Notes: a model not told the origin generated them from the letters alone. A DNA stretch of 24,000 bases from Citrifermentans bremense (GCF_014218275.1 NZ_AP023213.1:4002954-4026953); one strand, 5' to 3'; counted from the stretch's first letter, positions 6,139-14,755 are shown. Translations and numbers: made by a program.

Positions 6139-7605
6139 ATGTCGCATCTCTGCAAGACCGTACGGGTTGTGCTTTCGTTGCTCATTATCGCCGCCGGTTC
6201 GCCTGTCGCCGCCTTTGCCGGACCAACTGCTCCCCCTGTACGAGCCGAATCCGGCGTCCCCGGCGATTCCACCGCTCACCTGAAGAAGGAGATCGACGGC
6301 ATCCTGTCCCGGGATTTCCTGCCTGCGACCACTGCGGGTATCAAGGTGGTCTCGCTTACGCACGGCGACACCATCTACGAGTTCAACCCGCGACTTCTGC
6401 TGGTCCCCGCCTCCACCCAAAAGGTTTTCACCGCGGCAGCAGCCTTGTCCGTCCTGGGGCCGGAGCGCGAGGTCGCCACCACCGTTGCGCTCGATGCGGC
6501 CGCAGCGAGGATCTACCTCAAGGGTTGCGGCGACAGCCTCCTCTCCGCTGCGGACCTGACTGCTTTGGCCTCGGCTGCTGCCCAGAAGATGGAAAAGGGA
6601 AAGGAATACGCCCTGGCCGCCGATCTCTCCTGCTTTGACGACCTCTACCGGGGCATGGGATGGATGTGGGACGACGACGAGATGATGATCTCCCCCCTGT
6701 CGGTGAACCACAATGCTGTATCGGTGCTGGTGCAGCCCGGCCCGAAGGCGGGTGCACCGGCCGTTGTCAGCGCCGAGCCTCGCACCCCCTATTACACCCT
6801 GGAAAACCTTGCCAGGACCGGCGGCTCCGGCGACCCGAACAGCATCCAGGCATCCAGGCGCCCCGGCGAGCGGGAGAACGTGGTCACGGTGACCGGAGCG
6901 ATAGCGACGGGGAGCTCGCCGGTGGTAAGACAGGCCAGCGTCTGGCGGCCGGAGCTCATGGCGCTCGCCCTGTTCCGGGATGCGCTTCGTGCGCAGGGGA
7001 TCAAGGTGACCACCATGACCACGGCACCAGCTCCTGCGGGAGCAACCGAGGTGGCGCGCACCTCCCGCCGCCTTGAGGAACTGGTCCGGTTCGCGCTGAA
7101 GACCAGCGACAACGTGACAGCCGAGAGCCTTTTGAAACTGCTTGGCCTGCACGCCACCGGAAAGCCGGGATCGGCAGAGGCGGGGAGCGTTGTGGTGCGC
7201 GGATACCTGGAGAAGCAGGGGATAGCCAAGGGCAACGTGGTGGTCGCAGACGGCTCCGGTCTCTCGCGCTACAACCTTTCCAGTGCGGAAACCATGATCC
7301 AGACGCTGCGAGCCATTTACCGCGATCCGCTGCTGTACCGGGTCTTTCAGGAATCACTTCCGGTAGCCGGAAAAGATGGGACTTTGAAGAACCGCATGAA
7401 GGGAAGTTGCGCCGAAGGGAAGTTGCGGGGGAAAACGGGAAACATGAAAGGGCTCTCCTCCCTGGCCGGGTACGCCACCAGCGCCGACGGCGAGCCGCTC
7501 GCCTTTTCCATCATGATCCAGAACTATGCCGTCTTCGGCGGGCAGGCCCGCGAGTTCCAGGACCGGATCGCCAAGCTCCTCTGCGGCTTCCGGCGCACTA
7601 AATAA
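6139..7605 (+). CDS. dacB: D-alanyl-D-alanine carboxypeptidase/endopeptidase, PBP4 (peptidase S13)
   Basis: The three active-site motifs of PBP4 are present in order: STQK (SxxK), SDN and KTG (RGKTGNMKG). I prefer the ATG at 6139 (GAGGAGG 8 nt upstream), which gives signal peptide MSHLCKTVRVVLSLLIIAAGSPVAAFA. The ORF track starts at 6088. Confidence 0.9.
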   Translation: MSHLCKTVRVVLSLLIIAAGSPVAAFAGPTAPPVRAESGVPGDSTAHLKKEIDGILSRDFLPATTAGIKVVSLTHGDTIYEFNPRLLLVPASTQKVFTAAAALSVLGPEREVATTVALDAAAARIYLKGCGDSLLSAADLTALASAAAQKMEKGKEYALAADLSCFDDLYRGMGWMWDDDEMMISPLSVNHNAVSVLVQPGPKAGAPAVVSAEPRTPYYTLENLARTGGSGDPNSIQASRRPGERENVVTVTGAIATGSSPVVRQASVWRPELMALALFRDALRAQGIKVTTMTTAPAPAGATEVARTSRRLEELVRFALKTSDNVTAESLLKLLGLHATGKPGSAEAGSVVVRGYLEKQGIAKGNVVVADGSGLSRYNLSSAETMIQTLRAIYRDPLLYRVFQESLPVAGKDGTLKNRMKGSCAEGKLRGKTGNMKGLSSLAGYATSADGEPLAFSIMIQNYAVFGGQAREFQDRIAKLLCGFRRTK

Positions 7606-7748
7606 AATTGAAGCGGCCGCAGTGAATCGTAGTCGATGGGAGACCACGCCGGGGCGGTCGGAGCACCCTTTTGGGTGTAGGTCCATCCCGCCGAGAATAT
7701 TCGAGCAGGCGTTCAAAAATATAGATGACGTTCAGGGGAGGACCGAAC

Positions 7749-8306
7749 ATGATATGTCCATATTGCAAGGAAACTATTCAGGATGAAGCCATCAAATGCC
7801 GCTACTGCGGTTCAATGCTAAATACCCCACCATTTGGATTCTCAATCGATGCTGTCGGTGACGAGGAAGTAAGGACATTCGTCGGCAAGAACTGCGACTA
7901 TTACAATACCGAGTTCAAAAAGTTCACTGTGGCTGGATCCGAGGCGTTCACTCCCACATGGAACTGGTCGGCATTCGCGTTCACTTTTGTCTGGATGCTT
8001 TACCGGAAAATGTACTGGCAGTCGGCGATCACCTTCCTGATCTTCTGCGTTCCGGGCGTCAACATTCTGCTTCACATCGCCGTTGGAGTCGTCAGCAACT
8101 ACCTGTACTACCGGCATGTGATGGGGAAGATCTCGGATCTGAAACGGAATTCGACGCCACAGGACTTGTTTCCAGCACTCCATCAGATTGGGGGCGTCCA
8201 CAGTTGGGCAATTACACTGGGTATCATAGCGGCGGTCATTTTAGTGCTGACGTTCTCGTTCATGTTCGCAATGGTATCAACGCTTATGCTGGGTGGGGTG
8301 CATTAA
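7749..8306 (+). CDS. zinc-ribbon plus DUF2628-type membrane protein
   Basis: The start is set at ATG 7749 (GGGGAGG upstream). It has an N-terminal CxxC...CxxC ribbon (MICPYCKETIQDEAIKCRYCG). The WNWSAFAFTFVWMLYRKMYW block followed by TM helices is what I recall as the DUF2628 signature. Confidence 0.8.
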   Translation: MICPYCKETIQDEAIKCRYCGSMLNTPPFGFSIDAVGDEEVRTFVGKNCDYYNTEFKKFTVAGSEAFTPTWNWSAFAFTFVWMLYRKMYWQSAITFLIFCVPGVNILLHIAVGVVSNYLYYRHVMGKISDLKRNSTPQDLFPALHQIGGVHSWAITLGIIAAVILVLTFSFMFAMVSTLMLGGVH

Positions 8307-8353
8307 GTACACCGCACTCAAGGTTAGAGGCCATGAAACATTAGAATCACAGC

Positions 8354-8390
8354 AAAACACCCTCTTGGAAAAATTCCAAGAGGGTGTTTT
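8354..8390. terminator. bidirectional rho-independent terminator between convergent genes
   Basis: AAAACACCCTCTTGG - AAAAATT - CCAAGAGGGTGTTTT is a perfect 15-bp stem flanked by an A-run and a T-run, so it reads as a terminator on both strands. Confidence 0.85.
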
Positions 8391-8417
8391 GCCTGTTAGC
8401 AGCCGTAGCGGTGATTG

Positions 8418-9740
8418 CTAGTTCTTGTTGCAGGTGAAGTTGGATTCAATACGGCGATTCTGTGCTTTCCCTGCTTTGGTCTTGTTGCTGGCAATGGGTT
8501 TTGTAGGACCATATCCAACAGCTTTTATCCTTTCAGGTGCGATCCCCAATTCTTTGACAAGATAATTACGTACCGTGTCCGCACGCTGCTGGGATAGCTT
8601 CATGTTGAGGGCTTTAGAACCTACGTTGTCGGTATGCCCCTCAATGACGCCAGTGGCATTGGGGAACTCGTTCAAGAAGTCAGCTAAAGATTTCAATTCG
8701 GCGCGATACTGGGGCTTAAGGTCGGCCTTGTTGGTATCGAACTGGATGTTTATGACGGCAGGGCTGCACAGCTTCTGAGCAGGAGTAGGAGCAGAAGCAG
8801 GGGGCAGAACCACTACCGGAGCAGGAGCAACTACCGGAGCGGGTGCAACTACCGCAACTTTGGCTGCGCTCTTAGCGGTGCCACCAGCGCCATTGCAAAT
8901 AAGGGTGTATGCAGTGTTGTCAGCAGGAGTAACCCTCAAGGTACCCTGAGGCTGAACTGAGCCAACTTCTGGCTGTATTTCACAATTTGTGGCGTTGCTC
9001 GAACTCCACGTCAAGATAGCGGCTTCGCCTTTTGTAATAGAACTCGGCGTAACCGTCATTTCGGTAGAGGGAGCGGAGGGAGCCGGGGGCGGCACAGGAG
9101 CGACTACAGGAGCTGGCTTCTGCACGGGAACGGGTTCGGCAACCGGTTTTGGTGCAGGTTTCGGAGCCGCTACCGGCGCAGGAGCTGTCTTGCCGCCAAA
9201 CTGGAAGGTCAGACCAGCGGTGTATTCCCAGTTGTACTTGGGACTGTCTGGGCTTTCCAACACAAACAGCTGGCGAGCATCAGCCCGCAAGGCGACAGAG
9301 TCGGTCACGAAGTACTTAAGTCCACCACCGGCATTGATGGTTGCATCTGTGGTACGGTCGCTTACTTTGAGCCCTTCATGACCGTGCCCATAGGTAATCC
9401 CGCCACCGCCCACCGCAAGGTACGGTACAAGCGGTCCTTCCGGCAGGAAGTTGTAGAGGATGTCCAAGCGATAGGACAAGGCGTTGACACTCCTGTCATT
9501 GCGTGTTCCTTCGGTGGCCAGATAATCAGCGACGGCTTCCACCCCCCAGTTCTTCGTCAGGTCGTAACCCAAGCGTAACCCAAAGACAGGGGCGGTTTCC
9601 AGGTGTTGCTCTCCATCAAAGGTGTAACCACCAACGAACGGAGAAACAGAGAACGCCCCCTCTCTTTCTCCGGCAACTGCTGAAGTTGCCATGGTGAGTA
9701 CAGCAGCACACATAAGCATCGATGAAACAATCTTTTTCAT
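8418..9740 (-). CDS. OmpA-family outer membrane protein: N-terminal beta-barrel, Pro/Ala-rich linker, Ig-like middle domain, second linker, C-terminal OmpA peptidoglycan-binding domain
   Basis: The start is set at the ATG of MKKIVSSMLMCAAVLTMATSAVAGE (AAAGGAGGA RBS). The ORF track extends to a TTG at 9845. The C-terminus reads NIQFDTNKADLKPQY...GHTDNVGSKALNMKLSQQRADTVRNYL...GYGPTKPIASN, which is a canonical OmpA_C domain. Confidence 0.9.
   Translation of the reverse strand: MKKIVSSMLMCAAVLTMATSAVAGEREGAFSVSPFVGGYTFDGEQHLETAPVFGLRLGYDLTKNWGVEAVADYLATEGTRNDRSVNALSYRLDILYNFLPEGPLVPYLAVGGGGITYGHGHEGLKVSDRTTDATINAGGGLKYFVTDSVALRADARQLFVLESPDSPKYNWEYTAGLTFQFGGKTAPAPVAAPKPAPKPVAEPVPVQKPAPVVAPVPPPAPSAPSTEMTVTPSSITKGEAAILTWSSSNATNCEIQPEVGSVQPQGTLRVTPADNTAYTLICNGAGGTAKSAAKVAVVAPAPVVAPAPVVVLPPASAPTPAQKLCSPAVINIQFDTNKADLKPQYRAELKSLADFLNEFPNATGVIEGHTDNVGSKALNMKLSQQRADTVRNYLVKELGIAPERIKAVGYGPTKPIASNKTKAGKAQNRRIESNFTCNKN
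8812..8855. repeat. 18-bp in-frame tandem repeat (2.4 copies) encoding the APAPVV linker of the OmpA-like protein
   Basis: ACTACCGGAGCAGGAGCA / ACTACCGGAGCGGGTGCA / ACTACCGC on the plus strand. It encodes VVAPAPVVAPAPVV on the minus strand. Confidence 0.5.
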
Positions 9741-9923
9741 ACGTCCTCCTTTAAACTTGATTTGAATGCCGGAGTATTGAAAGCTAAATACTACACGGCA
9801 TTCCGAAACAATAGAAAACGTATCACACACGTGGATGGTATTCAATGATTTTAAAAGTGAATTAATGCAATACCAGAAAACAACTCAACAACGGGCTAGC
9901 ACCTCCAAAGGACAATTTCCTGT

Positions 9924-9951
9924 TTGACATCATCGTCAGACTTCATACAGT
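9924..9951 (+). promoter_or_regulatory. orphan sigma70-type promoter candidate pointing into the ompA-like/sugE intergenic region
   Basis: TTGACA (9924-9929), a 16-nt spacer, then TACAGT (9946-9951). There is no annotated plus-strand gene downstream. The next element is the strong hairpin at 10059-10088. Confidence 0.35.
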
Positions 9952-10058
9952 GTTGATTTTTTTATGTTCTCACGACGCCGGCTTACTGAGCTAAGCTCGC
10001 ACAGGCGCGGGACTAAGCTTGAAGCCGAAGGATACGTTTTGTGCTGGAGGGAGTGGGC

Positions 10059-10088
10059 GAAGGGGCCGGTCATGTGACCGGCCCCTTC
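10059..10088. terminator. strong palindromic hairpin (14-bp stem), likely terminator downstream of sugE and/or of a plus-strand short transcript
   Basis: GAAGGGGCCGGTCA-TG-TGACCGGCCCCTTC, 18 nt beyond the sugE stop. On the plus strand it is followed by a U-containing tail (CTGATAT). There is no U-run on the minus strand. Confidence 0.7.
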
Positions 10089-10105
10089 TGATATGGCGGA
10101 GAGGT

Positions 10106-10426
10106 TCAGGCTGGGGTGGCAAGCTTCAGGCCGATGATGCCTGCGACGATAAGGCCTAGACTGACCAGCCTCAAAGGATTTGCGGGTTCGCCCAGCAGGA
10201 GAATCCCGAGCGCTGCTGTTCCAACTGCGCCTACGCCAACCCAGACCGCGTAGGCGGTGCCTACCGGGAGGTGCTTCATCGCGATGCCGAGGAGTCCAAG
10301 GCTGATCAACATGGAAAGCACGGTGCCCACCGTCGGCCAGGGACGGGTGAAGCCCTCGGTGTATTTCAGCCCCACCGCCCATCCGATCTCGAACAAACCC
10401 GCGACAACAAGAACGATCCAATTCAT
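10106..10426 (-). CDS. sugE: SMR-family guanidinium exporter (SugE/Gdx)
   Basis: The start is set at [26 protein letters not shown] (the ORF track begins upstream at 10465, inside the riboswitch). The 106-aa, 4-TM protein is very close, from memory, to E. coli SugE (…[18 protein letters not shown]…[17 protein letters not shown]…). Confidence 0.9.
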   Translation of the reverse strand: MNWIVLVVAGLFEIGWAVGLKYTEGFTRPWPTVGTVLSMLISLGLLGIAMKHLPVGTAYAVWVGVGAVGTAALGILLLGEPANPLRLVSLGLIVAGIIGLKLATPA

Positions 10427-10439
10427 AGAAAGCCTCACT

Positions 10440-10495
10440 TTTGTTGGGGCCGTCCCCAGTTGCAAGAAAGTAGTGAGGTCGTCCTCACTTCCCAG
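10440..10495 (-). promoter_or_regulatory. guanidine-II riboswitch (mini-ykkC): two ACGR-tetraloop hairpins
   Basis: The minus-strand RNA reads ...A-GUGAGG-ACGA-CCUCAC-U (plus coordinates 10472-10489), then a 13-nt linker, then U-GGGG-ACGG-CCCC-A (10445-10458), then AAAA-GUGAGG-CUUUCU-AUG. Both loops match the conserved GG-ACGR-CC core. It sits directly upstream of an SMR/Gdx gene, which is the canonical context. Confidence 0.8.
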
Positions 10496-10768
10496 GAACC
10501 TAATTTCACTCTGTCAGCTGGTTGTTTTTACCATAAGTGCATACTGGCTGGCTAGGATGGGGCGGTAGGGGCAGGCGGCCTATGTCGTCGTTGGAAGCTA
10601 CAGAACCTGACAGCGGGACCAGGGACCGCAAGGCCAATGATGGGGGCCGCAAGTTTCCGGGATTAAACTGTTCTTGCCGACGAAAACCTTTGGGGGGCAA
10701 GATGTTTGTCGCACATTATTCCCCTGTGGGGACGGTCACGGTTTTCCTCCTGGTAGATAAGATGAGCG

Positions 10769-13273
10769 TCAATGAGGGAAAGGTGGTCTGATCGGCACCT
10801 TCCAGATCTTTTCACAGTACTCGCGTATGGAACGGTCCGAGGAGAATTTCCCCATGCGAGCCACGTTGAGGACGGACTTGACGCTCCAGAGTTCCCTCTG
10901 CCGGAAAGCGGTGCTGACGCGCTCCTGGCACTCGAGGTAGGACCGATAGTCGGCCAGGGCCAGGTACTCGTCGTCGTAGAGCAGGTGATCGACGAGCGGC
11001 TGGAACAGCCCTGCGTCCCCATGGGAAAAGAGCCCAGACCGGACGGCATCGATGGCTTCCCGCAGTTCCCAGTCTTCCTCGTAAAAGCGCCCGGGGTGAT
11101 ACCCGGATTTCTTGAGGGCCTGGACCTCGGTGGCGTTGAGGCCGAAGAGGAAGAAGTTTTCCTCGCCTACCTCCTCCCGAATCTCGACGTTCGCTCCGTC
11201 CAGGGTGCCGATGGTGAGGGCGCCGTTCAGCGAAAACTTCATGTTGCCGGTGCCGGAGGCCTCCTTGCCGGAGGTGGAGATCTGCTCGGAGAGATCGGCC
11301 GCGGGGTAGATGAGTTGGCCATTGGTGACGTTGAAGTCCGGGAAGAAAACCACCTTCAGGCGACCGGCAACCTCGGGGTCGGCGTTCACCACCTCCGCCA
11401 CCGAATTGATCAGCTTGATAATCAGCTTGGCCATGAAATAGCCGGGAGCGGCCTTCCCGCCGAAGATGAAGGTGCGGGGGGGGATCTGCGCGCCGGGGTC
11501 CCGCTTGATCCTGTGGTAGAGGGTGAGGATGTGGAGCAGGTTCAGGTGCTGGCGCTTGTACTCGTGGATCCGTTTCACCTGTATGTCGAAAAGGCTCTCC
11601 GGATCTACCGCCACTCCGGTCCGCTCCAGGATCGCCGCGGCGAGCGCCCGCTTGTTGGCATCCTTCACACCGCGCCAGGCTGAGAGGAAGGAAGGGTCGG
11701 AGGCGAAACACTCCAGTTCGCGGAGTTTTTCCGGGGCGGTGACCCACTCCTCACCTATGGACTCGCTGATGAGCCAGGCGAGACCCGGGTTGCTTAGCAG
11801 CACCCACCTTCTTGGGGTCACGCCGTTGGTGACGTTGCAGAACTTCTCCGGGGTCATCTGGTAGAAATCTGCGAGCACGGTCTCCTTGAGGAGTTCAGTG
11901 TGCAGATGTGCGACCCCATTGATGGCGTGGCTCCCCACCGATGCCAGGTTCGCCATCCTGACGAATTTACCCCCCGTCTCCTCGATGAGCGACATGCGGG
12001 CCAGCCGTGCCTGGTCGCCGGGGTACGCCCGGGAAACCTCGTCCAGGAAGCGGCGGTTGATCTCGTAGACGATCTCCAGGTGCCGAGGCAGCAGGTTGGC
12101 GAAGAGCTGCAGCGGCCACTTCTCCAGCGCCTCGGGGAGGAGCGTATGGTTGGTGTAGGCCAGGGTGGACCGGGTCACCTTCCAGGCAGCATCCCAGCCC
12201 AGGCCGTGTTCGTCGACCAGCAGGCGCATCAACTCAGCTACCGCCAGGGACGGGTGCGTGTCGTTCATCTGCACGGCGAAGGTCTGGTCGAACTCCTCCA
12301 GGCGTGGCGAGCGTAACAGGTGGACGCGGATCATGTCCTGCAGTGAGCAGGAGACGAAGAAGTACTGCTGGGCAAGGCGCAGCAGCTTGCCTACCCCCGG
12401 TTCGTCGTTGGGGTAGAGGACCTTGGTGATGCTCTCGGAGACGACCTTCTCATCCACAGCGTGGTAGTACTCCCCCGCGTTGAAGGCCTGGAAGTTGAAC
12501 GACTCGACGGCCTCGGACTTCCAGAGGCGCAAAAGCCCCGTGATCCTCGAGCGGTATCCGGCGATTGGGGTGTCGTAGGCCACCCCCTTGATGACCTTCA
12601 CCGGCAACCAGACGATTGCCAGCCGCCCGTCGGCGTCGTGGTGGTATTCGGTGTGTCCCCCCATCTTCACCTCGTAGGCTATCTCCGAGCGGCAGATCTC
12701 CCAGGGGTTGCCGAACTTGAGCCACTTGTCGGCAGTCTCCACCTGCCACCCGTCGCGGATCAGCTGGTCGAAGATGCCGAACTCGTAGCGGATCCCGTAG
12801 CCGATGGAAGGGATGCGCAGGGTCGCCAGGGAGTCGAGGTAGCAGGCCGCCAGCCTGCCGAGGCCGCCGTTGCCGAGCCCCGGCTCCTCCTCCTGGCGAA
12901 GCAGGTCCTCCAGCCTGAGTCCCAGCGACTCCACCGCGTCGCGTGCCGCATCCCACATGCCAGTGTTGATCAGGTTGTTCCCAAGGTGGGGGCCGAGCAG
13001 AAATTCCGCGGAGAGGTAGCTGACCACCTTCAGTTCCTTGTTCCTGAAGTGATGCAGCGAGGCAAGCCAGTCATCGAGCATCCTGTCGCGGACGGCGTGG
13101 GAGAGGGCCATGTACCAGTCGTTTCTGGAGGCGAGAGCCGGGAGGCGGGCCATGGTGAAGTGGAGGTGGTCGAGGATGGCCCGGTTCATGGCCGCGGTGC
13201 CGACGCCGCGGCGCGGATCGTGCCCTTGCGTATGGGAAGAAGCTGCTGTCTTAACGGTGTTATTAGCGGTCAT
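10769..13273 (-). CDS. glgP: glycogen/alpha-glucan phosphorylase (GT35)
   Basis: 834 aa with family-typical blocks throughout, including the pyridoxal-phosphate lysine region EASGTGNMKFSLNGALTIGTLDGANVE. RBS GGAGAGGA is present. Confidence 0.95.
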   Translation of the reverse strand: MTANNTVKTAASSHTQGHDPRRGVGTAAMNRAILDHLHFTMARLPALASRNDWYMALSHAVRDRMLDDWLASLHHFRNKELKVVSYLSAEFLLGPHLGNNLINTGMWDAARDAVESLGLRLEDLLRQEEEPGLGNGGLGRLAACYLDSLATLRIPSIGYGIRYEFGIFDQLIRDGWQVETADKWLKFGNPWEICRSEIAYEVKMGGHTEYHHDADGRLAIVWLPVKVIKGVAYDTPIAGYRSRITGLLRLWKSEAVESFNFQAFNAGEYYHAVDEKVVSESITKVLYPNDEPGVGKLLRLAQQYFFVSCSLQDMIRVHLLRSPRLEEFDQTFAVQMNDTHPSLAVAELMRLLVDEHGLGWDAAWKVTRSTLAYTNHTLLPEALEKWPLQLFANLLPRHLEIVYEINRRFLDEVSRAYPGDQARLARMSLIEETGGKFVRMANLASVGSHAINGVAHLHTELLKETVLADFYQMTPEKFCNVTNGVTPRRWVLLSNPGLAWLISESIGEEWVTAPEKLRELECFASDPSFLSAWRGVKDANKRALAAAILERTGVAVDPESLFDIQVKRIHEYKRQHLNLLHILTLYHRIKRDPGAQIPPRTFIFGGKAAPGYFMAKLIIKLINSVAEVVNADPEVAGRLKVVFFPDFNVTNGQLIYPAADLSEQISTSGKEASGTGNMKFSLNGALTIGTLDGANVEIREEVGEENFFLFGLNATEVQALKKSGYHPGRFYEEDWELREAIDAVRSGLFSHGDAGLFQPLVDHLLYDDEYLALADYRSYLECQERVSTAFRQRELWSVKSVLNVARMGKFSSDRSIREYCEKIWKVPIRPPFPH

Positions 13274-13308
13274 TTCCTGATCCTCTCCGCGGGTATGCGC
13301 ATGCCGCT

Positions 13309-14754
13309 CTACCTGGCTGTTCGGGGGAGCTCCGCCCCCTTGCCGGTCCTGCCGGCAGCATCCTCCACCCAGTCGCCCCCCATCACCTTGTAGAGGTTTA
13401 TGGCCGCCTGCAAAAGCGCCGCCTGGCTCTGCACGTAGGCCAGCTGCCCGCTGAACAGGTTCCGCTCGGCGTCCAGCACCTCGAGGTAGCTGGAGTAGCC
13501 GTTCTCGTACCTCATGTTGGCAAGAAAGAGGTACTTCTCCAGGTCGCCGAGCTCCCTCTTCCTGACCGCGAGCTGCTCCCCGCTGGTGGCCCTGTCAACC
13601 AGCGCATCCTCAACCTCCTTGAAGGCGTTCTGGATCACCTGCCGGTAGTTGACCAGGGCCTGCTCTCGCTGCGCTTCTGCCACCTTCACGCTCCCGGAGA
13701 TCTTCCCGGCGGTAAAAACCGGCACGCTCACCGGCACGGAGTAGCTCCAGACCCGTGCGGGGCCGGTGAAAAGATCTGAGAGCTGCGCGCTCGCCCCCCC
13801 GAACATCCCGGTGAGGGTGATGGCAGGGAAATAGGCGGCCCGGGCGATGCCGATCTGGGCGTTGGCGGCGACCAGTTCCTGCTCGGCCTGCCGGATGTCT
13901 GGGCGGCGGGCCAGCAGTTCCGATGGGAGCCCTGCCGGCACCTCAGGAGGGCCCAGTTGATCGATGCTGCGGCTGCGCGGCACCGGGCCGGGGTTGCGCC
14001 CAAGGAGCAGGTTGAGCGCGTTTTCCTGCTGTGCCACCGCCTTCTCGAACTGCGGCAGGGCCGCCAGCGAGTCCTCGTAGAGGAGCTTCGTCTGCGTCAG
14101 CTCTATCTCGGAGATGACCCCGCCCCGGTACCTCTGATCGAACACCTCCAGGGTCTTTCGCCTCGATTCGGCGGTCTCCCTGCCGATCTCAAACTGGCGG
14201 TCGAGGTTGCGCAGGTTCACGTAGGAGGCCACCACCGAGGAGACCAGCGAGAGGACCACGGCCTGCCGCCCCTCCTCACTGGCGAGGTACTGTGCCCGGG
14301 CGGCCTCGGTACCGCGCCTGATCCTCCCCCAGAGGTCGAGTTCCCAGCTGGCGCTGACGGTAGCAGAAAAGGAGTCCAGCGTACTCTTATAACCGGCCGG
14401 AAGCGCGTTCCCTCCCCGCTCTGTGTTCTTTTGGCGCGCGTATTGTGCCCCCGCGCCGGCCTGGGGAAAGAGGTCGGCCCTGGCGATGCCGTACTTGGCG
14501 GCGAATTCTTCGACTAGAACGGCGGCCAGCCGCAGGTCCTTGTTCTCCCTGAGGGCGCTGGACACCAGGTCGTTCAGCACCGGGTCGCCCAACGACTCCC
14601 ACCAGCCTGAGCCTGCAAAAGCGGCAGCTTCCTTCCCCTCCGGCGCGGCGTAACGCCACTTCGCCGGGGCATCCGCATCGGGACGGACATAGTCGGGGCC
14701 GACCATGCAGCCTGAGAGGCAGCAGAGGGTGACCAGACAGATCAGGTGGCGCAT
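13309..14754 (-). CDS. RND efflux outer-membrane factor lipoprotein (NodT/OprM family)
   Basis: 481 aa with lipobox LSGCMVGPDY and the family-typical N-terminus after Cys (GPDYVRPD...WW). It shows the two-repeat OEP architecture. Its start is 1 nt from the RND pump stop (TGAcATG). Confidence 0.9.
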   Translation of the reverse strand: MRHLICLVTLCCLSGCMVGPDYVRPDADAPAKWRYAAPEGKEAAAFAGSGWWESLGDPVLNDLVSSALRENKDLRLAAVLVEEFAAKYGIARADLFPQAGAGAQYARQKNTERGGNALPAGYKSTLDSFSATVSASWELDLWGRIRRGTEAARAQYLASEEGRQAVVLSLVSSVVASYVNLRNLDRQFEIGRETAESRRKTLEVFDQRYRGGVISEIELTQTKLLYEDSLAALPQFEKAVAQQENALNLLLGRNPGPVPRSRSIDQLGPPEVPAGLPSELLARRPDIRQAEQELVAANAQIGIARAAYFPAITLTGMFGGASAQLSDLFTGPARVWSYSVPVSVPVFTAGKISGSVKVAEAQREQALVNYRQVIQNAFKEVEDALVDRATSGEQLAVRKRELGDLEKYLFLANMRYENGYSSYLEVLDAERNLFSGQLAYVQSQAALLQAAINLYKVMGGDWVEDAAGRTGKGAELPRTAR

Positions 14755-14755
14755 G

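Noticed and set aside
6082-7357. Minus-strand ORFs (356 aa at 6082..7152, plus 147 aa and 118 aa) antisense to dacB.
   Set aside because: These are GC-driven antisense ORFs. dacB carries all three PBP4 catalytic motifs in the plus frame.
9936-10465. 161-aa ORF 9936..10421 and the N-terminal extension of the sugE ORF to 10465.
   Set aside because: The first overlaps sugE out of frame and reads through the terminator hairpin. The extension would translate the riboswitch hairpins. The MNWIVLV start aligns with the SugE family N-terminus and has an SD.
10496-10768. The roughly 270-nt spacer between the glgP stop and the riboswitch. I looked for a second riboswitch (ykkC or ykkC-III), a terminator or a promoter.
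   Set aside because: I found only weak features: the stem CTTGCC...GGCAAG with a 17-nt loop, the direct repeat CCGCAAG twice, and no good -35/-10 pair. Nothing is strong enough to call by eye. A covariance-model scan would be needed.
10772-13393. Plus-strand ORFs 10772..11683 and 12461..13393, and the alternative minus frames 10812..11747 and 12450..12956, inside glgP.
   Set aside because: These are shadow ORFs. The 834-aa frame is an unmistakable alpha-glucan phosphorylase.
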